From Octopus sinensis (taxonomy: Eukaryota): DNA of 64,000 bases. The first letter of the stretch is position 1. Each line of letters begins with the position of its first letter. The notes beneath the pieces are model-generated. The model had not been told where the DNA came from. It did no database searches and worked only from the letters and a program-made list of their open reading frames with translations. Positions 41,001 through 50,941 of the stretch are shown here, in pieces. Both the position numbers and the translations under genes were made by a program. Location of the stretch: assembly GCF_006345805.1 (NCBI RefSeq), contig NC_043002.1, forward strand, positions 83,948,001 to 84,012,000, in the 5' to 3' direction.

Positions 41001-42224
41001 GGTTGTGATTCAGCAATAATCTTCTCTAGTTCTGTGTGTACAAAGAGATGTATGACTGCTAGTGTTAAATTTAGAGGTTTACAGAGATTATCATCATCCA
41101 GTCTGCTTCCAGTGTAGTGATTTAGCAACTACTATACTTAGTACCTTTACTAGCTATGATATACGAAGCAAATGCAAGACAAATTACAATAAACTTGCTG
41201 GGTGTGAAGGAAGGTGCAGTACCCATAGCTTCTTCCAGACCCTCCTAGAGCGGTGAGACTGATACCATTAATGTCCCTCTTGAACTTTTGTAAATCAGCA
41301 CCACCTCTGATGTTCTAGGAAGAAAGGACTGGATGACATGGTCAGTATAAGGCCTGCAGTATTCAGCATAACTAGGGTGATGGGAGAATGAGAGACAAGT
41401 GGGACAGAAATACTCAAGTGGAGGTGACATGAGCCCAGTCAGCTCCAAGGAGCAGAGAGGAGACAGTTTACTGGTGGACTGGATGTTGGGTGTCTGTCTG
41501 TGACTTTATACCATTCAGTTGGGTGGCTCATTTTTGTATTGTTAAAGTATAAAGCAAGGTTTTTTTTGGAGTCAGCCTCAGTGACCAGACTACTCAACCT
41601 ACTTGAAAAAAAATATCACCCATATTTAAGTGAAATATTGTGGGCTGTGACTTAATTATAATTGCTATTATCAATACTGTTATCTTTATCATTTTTAAAT
41701 GAACTATTAATTTATCTTTATTTCATTGAAATTTCTACACCACTTAAAATTTAATAAATATTTTTTATAGTTCTGATTTGTCCTCCATCCTTTTGCTACT
41801 TTTTCATTTACAGAAAGGAGACTTCATTGGAAAAGACGCTTTATTGCAACAACGTGAAGAAGGTGTTAAACAGAAATTGGTGCATTTCTTGTTGGACGAT
41901 CATAACATCGATACAGATCTTTGGCCATGGGGTGGTGAACCAATCTATAGAAATGGTGAGTATGTAGGAGAAACAACATCAAGCGGTTATGGTTTTACTT
42001 TAGAGCAGATGCTATGTCTTGGCTATGTTTCAAAGTTTGATGACAGATATCAGCCATGCATCATGAAAAATCTTAATGAATTTATTCTGGACAAAAATGC
42101 CAAATATGAAATTGATATTTCTGGTCAAAGATTTCCAGCTAAAGCTGGAATCTACACACCTAAAAATGCTCTAACTATTTCAGAGCCATCCTTTATTCCC
42201 GTCCCACACAGAAGCAGGACATGA
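4611..42224 (+). CDS. PDPR: Pyruvate dehydrogenase phosphatase regulatory subunit, mitochondrial; 5'-partial, 15 coding exons in window
   Basis: Fifteen GT-AG exons join in consistent phase (2288 nt, about 761 aa plus TGA). Motifs match PDPR: [120 protein letters not shown]-oxidoreductase plus GCV_T architecture. Confidence 0.93.
5740..5821 (+). CDS. PDPR: PDPR exon [27 protein letters not shown]
   Basis: tcccag acceptor, gtaact donor, phase 2 to 0. Confidence 0.87.
6242..6812 (-). mobile_element. Internally deleted mariner (DD34D-type) transposon
   Basis: TA-flanked TIRs TTGGGTTGTCTGGAAAGTT / AATTTTCCGGACAACCCAA; transposase C-terminus [21 protein letters not shown]...[15 protein letters not shown]. 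Confidence 0.88.
7503..7584 (+). CDS. PDPR: PDPR exon [27 protein letters not shown]
   Basis: tttcag acceptor, gtgagt donor. Confidence 0.92.
8936..9801 (+). mobile_element. Non-autonomous Tc1/mariner maT (DD37D-type) element, copy 1
   Basis: TA target duplication, imperfect TIRs; WQQDSAPCH...[11 protein letters not shown](H)YYVWG with about 37 residues between the last two catalytic positions (across a frameshift). Confidence 0.82.
11007..11128 (+). CDS. PDPR: PDPR exon (G)VKIFEGIQ...[10 protein letters not shown]
   Basis: ccatag acceptor, gtgagt donor. Confidence 0.92.
11790..11827 (+). ncRNA. Minimal hammerhead-like motif with CUGUCGA core (Penelope-like remnant)
   Basis: TCTTT-CTGTCGA-A-GAGC-ATAG-GCTC-GAAA-CG-TA-AAAGA; second copy at 33941-33976 (-). 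Confidence 0.5.
12783..13150 (-). mobile_element. Representative copy of the abundant RTE LINE 3'-UTR repeat with (ATG)n tail
   Basis: Same family at about 1101-1500(-), 4148-4470(+), 10360-10905(+), 11935-12335(+), 18095-18262(-), 18510-18705(+), 35612-35996(-), 45565-45965(-), 51910-52430(-), 55297-55645(-), 56780-57132(+), 57278-57765(+), 62097-62310(+). The family is contiguous with RTE ORF2 at 39054-39760. Confidence 0.75.
13146..14587. repeat. 22-bp minisatellite (GACAGAGATCAAAGAGGGTGCC)n, about 65 copies
   Basis: Directly visible tandem array; the repetitive ORFs here are 3-unit (22-aa) translation artefacts. Confidence 0.95.
15966..16165. mobile_element. Mariner-derived MITE; related copy at 51717-52507 contains a nested RTE-tail insertion
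   Basis: TIR CGAGGGGGTGCTGAAAAGTTCCTGGCTTT; the inverted end AAAGCCAGGAACTTTACAGTACCTCCTC is visible in the second copy. Confidence 0.65.
19529..19839. mobile_element. Fold-back insertion with about 125-bp inverted arms, probable Penelope-like remnant
   Basis: Arms at 19573-19697 and 19714-19837; 14-bp direct repeat TATATATCTACTTT at 19515-19528 and 19840-19853. Confidence 0.7.
19709..19758 (+). ncRNA. Minimal type I hammerhead-like motif with G3-C8 swapped core
   Basis: TTTGTCA-GTGAACA-G-GTTGC-ggatttta-GTGAC-GAAA-ATAT-TT-TGACAAA; mirror copy on the - strand at about 19652-19700. Confidence 0.55.
21194..21308 (+). CDS. PDPR: PDPR exon [38 protein letters not shown]
   Basis: ttccag acceptor, gtatgt donor. 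Confidence 0.92.
22282..22652 (+). mobile_element. Non-autonomous Helitron-like repeat (related copy at 57768-58133)
   Basis: Shared ACTAGCA...CCCAGC..CGCT 5' hairpin and 3' ACACAGACA...TTTATATATA(G)GAT end; family assignment is inferred. Confidence 0.4.
22764..22916 (+). CDS. PDPR: PDPR exon (V)[24 protein letters not shown]...LPEDWDHF
   Basis: ttgtag acceptor, gtaaga donor; translated by hand, not in the ORF track. Confidence 0.92.
23326..23450 (+). CDS. PDPR: PDPR exon [12 protein letters not shown]...[19 protein letters not shown]
   Basis: ctcag acceptor, gtgagc donor. Confidence 0.92.
24055..24247 (+). CDS. PDPR: PDPR exon [14 protein letters not shown]...[10 protein letters not shown]
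   Basis: tttcag acceptor, gttagt donor. Confidence 0.92.
26040..26259. mobile_element. piggyBac-like MITE
   Basis: TTAA|CCCTTTCGTTAC ... GTAACGAAAAGG|TTAC. Confidence 0.6.
26853..27008 (+). CDS. PDPR: PDPR exon (G)HLYAIGY...[10 protein letters not shown]...PMWFVPNAD
   Basis: ttttaaag acceptor, gtgagt donor. Confidence 0.9.
27580..28085. repeat. Compound (TC)n/(TA)n/(TATG)n microsatellite
   Basis: Directly visible; source of the Y/I/M/C-rich spurious ORFs. Confidence 0.95.
28178..28317 (+). CDS. PDPR: PDPR exon (D)[18 protein letters not shown]...[12 protein letters not shown]
   Basis: tttcaag acceptor, gtaaat donor. Confidence 0.9.
29140..30234 (+). mobile_element. maT element copy 2, interrupted by a templated host-DNA insertion (29602-29877)
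   Basis: Colinear with 8936-9801; TA-flanked TIR CAGGGTGCAATGGGTAAATTGTC. Confidence 0.82.
31011..31159 (+). CDS. PDPR: PDPR exon [19 protein letters not shown]...[15 protein letters not shown]
   Basis: tttcag acceptor, gtaaga donor. Confidence 0.92.
31415..31905 (+). mobile_element. CR1/L2-group LINE 3' fragment
   Basis: [19 protein letters not shown]...NTRGHIYK...[19 protein letters not shown]; (TTA)n tail; related reverse fragment at about 38020-38160. Confidence 0.8.
33226..33433 (+). CDS. PDPR: PDPR exon (Y)[17 protein letters not shown]...FKFMTCK
   Basis: cttcag acceptor, gtaaat donor. Confidence 0.92.
35181..35270 (+). CDS. PDPR: PDPR exon [30 protein letters not shown]
   Basis: tttaaag acceptor, gtagga donor. 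Confidence 0.92.
36469..37463. mobile_element. Non-autonomous fold-back DNA transposon, Merlin-like
   Basis: Ends GGTTAATGTTTACTTTAACAC / GTGTTAAAGTAAACGTTAACC, long internal inverted repeats, 8-bp TSD AATATGTT (36461-36468 and 37464-37471). Confidence 0.7.
37661..37923. mobile_element. piggyBac-like MITE
   Basis: TTAA|CCCTTTAGTGTT ... AACACTAAAAGG|TTAA. Confidence 0.65.
38572..38751 (+). CDS. PDPR: PDPR exon [10 protein letters not shown]...[11 protein letters not shown]
   Basis: tttcag acceptor, gtaagt donor. Confidence 0.93.
38890..39762 (+). mobile_element. 5'-truncated RTE LINE (ORF2 end, 3' UTR and (ATG)n tail)
   Basis: [20 protein letters not shown]...[17 protein letters not shown] runs directly into the abundant 3'-UTR repeat. 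Confidence 0.85.
39800..41020 (-). mobile_element. Degenerate RTE LINE ORF2 fragment with an embedded PHD-type finger
   Basis: [44 protein letters not shown] and QRLERNE motifs with stops. Confidence 0.8.
41814..42224 (+). CDS. PDPR: PDPR terminal coding exon [11 protein letters not shown]...PHRSRT*
   Basis: ttacag acceptor, TGA at 42222-42224. Confidence 0.93.
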   Translation, partial: KGDFIGKDALLQQREEGVKQKLVHFLLDDHNIDTDLWPWGGEPIYRNGEYVGETTSSGYGFTLEQMLCLGYVSKFDDRYQPCIMKNLNEFILDKNAKYEIDISGQRFPAKAGIYTPKNALTISEPSFIPVPHRSRT

Positions 42225-44503
42225 TTTCTTTTTTCTCTTCTCTTCTTTCAAATTGTTGTTTAAAAATCTCAAAAGCTCAGTATCTGTTGTCTCTTGAGAA
42301 ATAATCTTTATTTTGCAATATTTTTTGACATGTTTTATCTTGATTTGATACTTCCCCCTGCCCTACAATAAATTTGTTTTTATTTTTACATTGTTTTTTC
42401 TTTTAAACTTTTTTTTAATATACTAGTTTACAGGTATTAAATTCTTTAAAAAAAAAATCAATGAATAATTTCATATCAGAAAGATCTCATTTTTTCTCTT
42501 ATTTCTACTATTTATCAATAACTATCTTTTCTAAACAAGTTAAGAAAAATATCTTATGATGAAATATTTATTTTTATAAATGAATAATATTAACATTCTT
42601 AAGTTAAATATTCTTTCTGATTTAGTAATACCAGTAAATAATGTCCATAAATTTTTTTTAAATTCCAAATTAAAAGAAATATTCACATTTTCTATTTATT
42701 GTTTGTGATTCAATACCTGAATTATTGAGACACCTCATGTAAGCAGTACAAATACTTGTGATTAACTGGTTCAAAATATCAGTAAATAAAAAGGAATTAC
42801 AACTCTAACACTTTAGAATTCATATTAAATATTAGGCTACTTAAGTAGATTTTTATTAGATGTTTTTGTATCTCAACAAATGTTCAGAGAGCACCATTTA
42901 ATGGTTACATGTCTCTCAAAGTAGCAAGTCTACCACTGAGTTTTGACAACTTGTTGAAGATATGTTCACTTTAACTCATGCCTTTAATGTCCTAAACATT
43001 ACAATTCCTATTTGTTCCTCCCATAAATACCTTGGCTTTCATTCCTACCTGGAGAAGATAATAGAAACAAGTAACCCGGTATCCCAGGGCTTAAAAATAT
43101 CATATACAAGAGCACTGACTACTAATATATATATATGTTTTTAATTTGATAATCAACTCTAATGAACTTTTTTTATATAATTTTTAAAATCTCCAGACAT
43201 ACCACATGTATATTCATTAAACTCTTTAAGTTATTGTTTGATTTTTTTTTATTGTTGTTTTTTGCAATTAGTTAATTTGAGGAGGAAAGCAATGCCTATA
43301 ATTTTTTTTCACAGACCTTCCTTGTAAGCAAAGGGAGAAGAATATGCCAGTTCAATTTGAATTGTTGCAGTTAAGTTGGTGGGAAGGGAAACAATTCTGA
43401 TAAATGGCAAGAAAATGAATTTCAGCTGGGATCTTAGGTTAGGAGATGGAAAGATGGAAGAAACTGATACATAGAATGGATTTAAGTGAAGTATTGATAC
43501 TGATCGCAAGTTTAAAAGAATAAAGGCCTTTGTGGTAGCTGTGAAATTGAGAGTAAAGATGATACAGCTCGACAACATTCGTGTGTTTGAAAATGCTTGC
43601 TTATTAGGCAGACATCATTCTGTGATGCAATCTAAAATATATATGATTATGTTTGAACCAGCTGCTATCTCAAATATATAAACTATACTTTAGTGTAGGT
43701 CAAATTTGTGCTTTATTTAAAGTATTAGCAGGTTTGGAAAATTGTCTGGTGCTACAGAAGGAAGAACAACTTTTGTAATTGACAAGGACAATATACATAT
43801 AATTATAATAATAATAATAATCTAGATGAATGTTTTAAATTGGAAAGGATAAAAAAAGCGAAATTATTCTGTTTAAAATTAATCATTAATTAATTATTTA
43901 AAAAAGTTTTCTTTGTCAAGTTTTATTGAAAAGTTATAAATGATACTAATACTGGTGTGAAAAAGGGCAGCTTACATGTTATCGACTGAGGAGGACTGGT
44001 TTTAAAATATTTTATGGATTTCAAGTATGTTCAGTTTAACAGCTTTATCCAAGTATTTTCTTTTCTAACTTTTAAATAGAAAATAAACAAGTTCATCAAA
44101 TATACACAAGCATAAGATGATTATGCCTTCTCTCATAGTATAAAGTTTTTTTGTCAATCATTTGAAAGTCTTTGTAAGGACACGGATATCAAGACCTTTT
44201 TTTCTTTGCTGAAGGTACAAATAAATCTCACCTTATATTTAGGTGTATATGATACTTGTTTTTTTTTTGTTTGTTTTTTTTGTTTTTTTGTTGTTTTTTT
44301 TTCAATTCTAGAAAAGAAAAAAAATAAATCAAAACTCGATCTTTTTTTTTATTCCTTCTAATCTTTCTCTTTGTTCTTGTTAAATGAATATTTCTGTGAA
44401 AATATCTTGCAATTAGCAGTGATACAATACATCACAATAACACAGAGAAAGGATAAGCAGCTATACATTAATCTTCACCCATGATAACAGAATTGCATTA
44501 ATT

Positions 44504-44558
44504 AATAAAATACTTGTTTAATATGTTTGTAATTTCATCAATTTCTTCTTTAAATAAA
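44504..44558 (+). terminator. Candidate distal polyadenylation signals of PDPR
   Basis: AATAAA at 44504 and 44553, at the end of a repeat-free AT-rich tract and followed by T/GT-rich sequence; a proximal AATAAA is also present at 42367. Confidence 0.35.
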
Positions 44559-45201
44559 TTGAATTCAATACATAACTATTTGAGTTTGAATCATTTTCTG
44601 TTTCTTGAAAAATAAGTTGTTGTTTTTTTTAATGTGTTTAGTTGTGCAAACACAGGCATGGCTGTGTGGTTTAAGTTCACTTCAGAAGGAAGTGGTTCAG
44701 TTCAAAGTTCGATTCCACTGTATGATACTTTATACAAGTGGCCTTAGTTTGACCAATGCCTTGTGAGAGAAATTTGTTTGCAGGAATCTGTGCAAAGACC
44801 ATCATATAATAAATATATCATCATTTTTACATCCACTTTCCATGCTTGCATGGCTTAGTGAGATACTTTCCAGCCATAGAATCTTGCCATTTGTTGGAAT
44901 AAAAAAAATGGTATGTTCAGACAGGAATACCCAAGCAAACTGGCCAAGTTGTAAGAGTGCTGGATAAATCATTTTGCAGTATATGTCCCAGCTCTTTATA
45001 CTCTTGAGATATAATACAGCTAAAGTCAACCCTTGCCTTTCATCCTGTACTGCAGTCAACTATTCACCTTGTCTCTCTCCCCTGGAAAAAAAAATCATTT
45101 ATGGTCAGACCTGGAGAGAGATGGACTCCACCAGGTCTAAAACAATGTTCAAGACACACTGTGTGTCCTGATAGCACTACTACAACTCTTACTGCTACAC
45201 C

Positions 45202-45353
45202 AGCTATAATAAAAAATTTGATATATCAGAATTGAGGTAGCAAGGCACCCTGAAGAATAGCCTGAGTTATCTCCCTTAGCTATTATAAGAAATTTGATAT
45301 ATCAGAATTGAGGTAGCAAGGCACTCTGAAGAATAGCCTGAGTTATCTCCCTT
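45202..45353. repeat. 76-bp tandem duplication
   Basis: Two near-identical copies starting at 45202 and 45278. Confidence 0.85.
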
Positions 45354-46425
45354 GATGCTAATTTCCATTGGAATAAGTACTTTAACAAATACTAATTGAT
45401 TAAAACTCTTTAAAGGTAGTGCCCCAGCATCACCACAGTCCAATCACTGAAATTTGTAAAAAAAAAAATTTCTGTGTCAACATAGTGAGAGAAAGAACGA
45501 GAGTAATAGCCTAAATAATAGAAATTTTATGTAATTATCAGTGCCTTGTGTTTAACTTCTCCACCATCATCATCGTTTAACGTCCACTTTCCATGCTGGC
45601 ATGGGTTGGACGGTTTGACTGAGAACTGGCAAGCCAGGAGGCTGTACCAAGCTCCAATCTGATCAGGCAAGGTTTCTATATCTAGATGCCCTTCTTAACA
45701 CCAACCACCCCAAGAGTGTAGTAGATGCTTTTTACGTGCCACCGGCACGGGGGCCAGTCAGGTGGCACAAGCATTGACTATGTTCGAATGGTGCTTTTTA
45801 TATGCCACCGGCACAGGTGCCAGTCAGGTGGCACTCGCATCAGCAACGACTATAATTTCACTTGACTCAACAGGTCTTCTCAAACACAGCATATTGCCTG
45901 ACGATCGAAGGGTACTTTTAAAAGGACCAGTTATGTGACACTGGCATTGGCCATGGCTACGATCCTAAGTGGTCGAAAAATTTGGAATGTGTGTCATATA
46001 CGATGCATAGATGCCAGGGAAATTTGTACTGTGTATCACATGTGGACAAGTAAAGGATGGGTTTATTATAGTTTGTTTATATTTAATTCCCATGACACAA
46101 TGTGTTATGATGGCACACTTATAACTCTGTCTGTTGAGGATGCAGGGTAAAGCAAAACAGACTTCTTTGGAGAAGCTAATTATCTTTTATTTATCCCTAT
46201 TACTTGTTTCAGTCATTAGACTGTAGCCATGCTAGAGCACCACCTTGAAGGATTTTAGTCAAATTGATTCAAGTACTTATTTTGCATTTTAAGCCTGGTA
46301 TTTATCCTATTGGTCTCTTTTGCTGAATTGTTAAGTTATGGGGGTGTAAACACAATAACTCCAGTTGTCAAGCAGTGGTGGAGAAAAAACATAAAGACTC
46401 ACACACAGATACTGAATGTATATGT

Positions 46426-46456
<31 letters not shown>

Positions 46457-46515
46457 CAAAGATATCCAGCAAAAGGTATGGCAGTATCAAAGATATCCAG
46501 TGACAGATATGACAG

Positions 46516-49500
46516 TGTAGCAGAGCTACATATTACATAGTAATATGTGAGTCGACCTGCACAGCAGATGAATATATCGCTTGGCTACAGTAGCCTGTAA
46601 CAGATGGGAGCTGTTAGCTATGTATTTAGCAGTCAAACATGTCCAGCACACACCTGAGGGACGCCAATCCATGATTTTTACGGACCACCATCCACTCACC
46701 TTTGCCCTGCGTTCGAAGTCTGACAAGTACTCTCTGCAGGAAACCAGGCACTTGGATTTCATTTCCCAATTTACCACCAACATCCACCACATCTCTGGTA
46801 TAGATAACTCTGCAACAGACGCCTTATCGCGTCTAACCATTGAATTCGCTGTCATCACCCACAGACATCGATCTGTATCTCCTGACTAAAGATCAACCTC
46901 ACTTAGAGACAATTAATATAACCTCACTCGCCTTTGCCACATGCAACTTCAAGTACTTCCCAGTACCCACAGCTGATGCACAGATTTTGTGTGATACTTC
47001 TATGAATTCTCCTTGTCCTTTTGTTCCAGAGACCCACAAACAGTCTTCAGCACACTGCGTAATCTGTCACACCCTGGTGTCACTGCCACAGTGAAACTCA
47101 TTTCGGCTAGATTCTTTTAACCAAATATGAGACAAGACATCACTGCTTGGTCATGCTCCTTCCGTTTTTGTCAGAAGTCAAAGGTGCATAATCTTTAATT
47201 ATCTAACTGCACTGGAAAGGATGTTTGCCAAAATATTAAAATATATTAAATCTGATTTGGCTATTTCCATTGTAAAAAAAAAAAAAAAAAGTGACATTGT
47301 CTTTGTAACATTTTTCAGTATAATTAAAAATCTTTTACAGGTAATCAATCTTTAATACACTGCAGATATACAGATTGAAATTCAACTTTTTGTTTTCAGT
47401 GTTCTTAAACATCTGTTTGGAATTTTAATTCTATAAAAACAGAAGTTTTTATAAATCAAAATTAAATCGACAAACATATGAAACTGAAATTTGAACTTAA
47501 AATTAAAATCCAATAAAAGCTTACTTTTATTGATTCTGATTCAAATTTTAATTTGATTGTTTCTTTTTTCCAAATTCAAATTTCCAAATTCAAAATTCCT
47601 GCACCACTTGGCACATTCAACACACATTCAACCATATACACATCAAACTTGTCAGGCGTTGGCCAGTCAGCCAGGGATATACCTACCTGCTCACTTGCAT
47701 TGATCGTTTCACACATTAGCCAGAAGCTATTCCTTTAGTAGATATCACTGCAGAATCTGTTGCCAAAGCAGGATGGATATCACGATACGGAGTCCATACT
47801 ACCATCACTATCGACCATGAAAAACAGTTTAAACCACAACTCTTCCACGAGCTCACAATGACCATAGGTGCATGTCGGATTTGAACCACCAGTTACCATC
47901 CACAATCCAATGGTATGGTGGAATGATTCCACCATCAAATGAAAGCTGCTTTGCGTGCTTACCCAGATCGGTGGTGTTGGAGCGAATATCTTCCAATTGT
48001 CCTTCTTGGCTGTTGAGTCTCGATAAAGGAGGATCTCAGTTATTCCTAAGCAGAACTTGTTTATGGAACACCTCTTTCGTTGCCAGGCCAGATACTGGTC
48101 CCAGTGGATCTGTCCACACAAGACCCCACTATGTACATACACAGACTTCGCAAATACATGCAAGAACTGCCACCCATGTCAACACAACACCAAACTGCTA
48201 GATCATCAGTTCCAAAAGACACTGATTCTTGCACTCATGTGCTCCTACAAAAATGATGCTGTGAAAATCCCTCTCACATCTCTATACACAGGACCCTATC
48301 ACACACAGACAAACTATATACCATAGACATTAATGGTAAAAAGGAAACTGTCTCAATTTTTTTTTTTTCCTTCTCGAGCCATGCCTGGCTCATAAAGGCC
48401 GGTTTCTCGGTATCTTGGCATATAGGCTCCCCACCTGGACAGGACGCCGGTCCATCGCAGGTAAGCTGCAAGATGCAGGCGGAAAGAATGAGAGAAAGTT
48501 GTGACAAAAGAGTCAGCAGAGGCTTCGCCATAACCTTCTGCCAGAGCCATGTGGAGCTTAGGTGTTTCGCTCATAAACACATGCATCACCCAGTCTGAGA
48601 TTCGAACCCGCAATCCCTCGACTGTGAGTCCGCTGCTCTAACCACTAGGCCATGTGCCTCCACAAACTGTCTCAATAGACAGGCTTAAGCAGGCACACAC
48701 AGACAGTGATACAATACCACCTCATACACCTCCCACATTCAAAGTACAACACAAAAGCAAACGCAACCATCACATACACCAACCCCTCCTCCATCTATAT
48801 ATGTCACTATGACTCGGCCCACCAAGCTGTCTAAAACTATATACATCTGAACTATAATGAACTACTTGGGAACTTACCAGAGACTTTTCAACACATATCA
48901 CCAATGATGCAGTTTTGTTCTTCACAGTATTCCTTTGAACTTTACCAAATCAGACTTGAACATTTTGCTTATTTCTTAGTGTTCATATTCTGTTTACCCT
49001 TAACAAGCTCTGCTTTTTCATTTCAGTTTCTCATTTTTTGTGGTATTGCATCCTTATGTTTGTATTCCATGTTCTTACATGCTTTTCGCACTGCATATTT
49101 ACATACGCCAACTCTATTTTTTTCGACTTTTTCAAGTCTAGCAGGAGGCTATGTAGCAGAGCTACATATTACGTAGTAATATGTGAGTCGACCTGCACAG
49201 TAGATGAATATATCAATGAGGTGTCTAGCCTTGCTTTGATACACTACTCTCACTTTGATACAGTAGCCTCGTTCTGAGACACTGGCCTCATTCTGAGCTA
49301 CACTGTAGGAACTCTCATTTCCTGCCAGGTTTCAGTCAAAGATACATGTCTTCTCTGCAGCTCTACATGCAATCTCCCACATGTGACTCACATGTCTATT
49401 CACCTCAACATAAGATATATGATTCATAAACGAAGATATTTTATCACATACACATTCTCAAAATGACTGTTCTCATTCTACACATGCATACAAATACAAA

Positions 49501-49685
49501 TATTGTGTTACTTCTTTCAGTGCAAAAGCAAAAATTAAAACTTCCTTTGTATGTAAACACACGTTTTTGTATCATACTACATGCTTCCACCACAAAAATT
49601 GAACACAGAATAAACATCTTATGGTGATTCATACTGTTTTTCCATATAATAAAATGCACTTGAACAGCCAACAGCAGCCACTATA
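46516..49685 (+). mobile_element. Decayed Gypsy/Ty3 LTR retrotransposon
   Basis: 5' LTR stub 46516-46578; 3' LTR 49152-49685 (TGTAG...CTATA, AATAAA at 49648) preceded by a purine tract; RNase H ELLAMYLAVKH...FTDHHPL; integrase HPGV...CQKSKVH, YLLTCIDRFT, TTSYHPQSNGMVE; TSD ACAG/AGAG. Confidence 0.88.
48358..48663 (-). mobile_element. Full-length tRNA-derived SINE nested in the Gypsy element
   Basis: A box TGGCCTAGTGG, B box GGTTCGAATC, poly(A) tail, 13-bp TSD AAACTGTCTCAAT (48345-48357 and 48664-48676). Confidence 0.88.
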
Positions 49686-49689
49686 AGAG

Positions 49690-49960
49690 TGTTGAAGGTA
49701 TCCAGTGACAGGTATGACAATGTCAATGATATCCTCTAATAGACTTGACATTGTCAAAGACGTCCAGAGACAGATTTGTTAGTGTTAAAGATTGAATAGA
49801 TCTAGTGTCAATGATTATCACTGGCAAATTTTGACTGTGTCAAAGATATCCATAGAGATTTGATATTGTCAAAGATATCCAGTGACCATGATAACTAATG
49901 ACAGATTTAGCAGTATCAAACATGTCCAGTAACAAATTCGACAATGTCAAGGACAACCAG
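49690..49960. repeat. About 30-bp degenerate minisatellite (AAAGATATCCAGTGACAGATATGACAGTGTC), continued at 46456-46515
   Basis: The array is split by the Gypsy insertion. Confidence 0.75.
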
Positions 49961-50932
49961 TAGAAAATAATTGTTGACAATCATAAAATACCTTTCCTTT
50001 TTTTTTTAATATGAATATTTTTCTCAATTTGTGTTTTGAATATATTAAAAATACTTTCAATGAACAAATATATCAATTTAAGTGAAGTATAATTTACTTT
50101 ATCTGGAATATTTGTTTCGTTTATAATACAAAAAAATTGTTTCAAAAGCGTCAGATCAACATTATTGGTTGAATGTCCATTTTTTGCTTCATGGCATTTT
50201 ATAATTTTTTTTTTATTTTTATTTTTTTGCTTAAGAAAATTCTATTGCAGTTAATTTCAAGTCAAAGATTATCTTTAATTATCTAACTGCACTGGAAAGG
50301 ATGTTTGCCAAAATATTAAAATATATTAAATCTGATTTGGCTATTTCCATTGTAAAAAAAAAAAAAAAAAGTGACATTGTCTTTGTAACATTTTTCAGTA
50401 TAATTAAAAATCTTTTACAGGTAATCAATCTTTAATACACTGCAGAAATACAGATTGAAATTCAACTTTTTGTTTTCAGTGTTCTTAAACATCTGTGTTT
50501 GGAATTTTAATTCTATAAAAACAGAAGTTTTTATAAATCAAAATTGAAACGACAAACATATGAAACTGAAATTTGAACTTAAAATTAAAATCCGATAAAA
50601 GCTTACTTTTATTGATTCTGATTCAAATTTTAATTTGATTGTTTCTTTTTTCCAAATTCAAAATTTCAATTTCAGTTTGTTTTGTTTTGTATTTTTGTGT
50701 TTTATTTTTATTATATTTCTGTTTTTAAAATATTTGTTTCAACAATTTAAATTATTAAATTGTAAAAACAAAAAAAAAGAACAAAAATAATAAAAAAAAT
50801 TTCCTGTCCCTGGCTTGTAGTCATGAAGGAATGCTTAAATATTTTGAATCGTTTAAAAGGTTAATTTAACCAGACAAAAGATCCATCTTACTTTTTCAGT
50901 TCAGGTGATTGCAATCTGATGAAAAAATCCAA

Positions 50933-50941
50933 TTAGTCCAC
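50933..50941 (-). CDS. Putative terminal coding segment (VD*) of the uncharacterised gene
   Basis: ttttcacag acceptor then GTG GAC TAA, followed by a repeat-free AT-rich putative 3' UTR. Confidence 0.35.
   Translation of the reverse strand: MD

Noticed and set aside
4611-42224. Calling the gene SARDH or DMGDH
   Set aside because: Motifs HACEHFY, YALHVY, EKFFAxWG and [14 protein letters not shown] match PDPR better, as far as I recall the sequences.
43302-43400. Acceptor-like tttttttcacag followed by a short open frame downstream of PDPR
   Set aside because: The frame is under 30 codons with no recognisable motif, and PDPR already has a complete terminal exon.
48590-48663. tRNA gene candidates (also 55050-55120, 59236-59310, 63601-63660)
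   Set aside because: The A and B boxes continue into SINE bodies, with tails and TSDs where checked. These are SINE heads, not tRNA genes.
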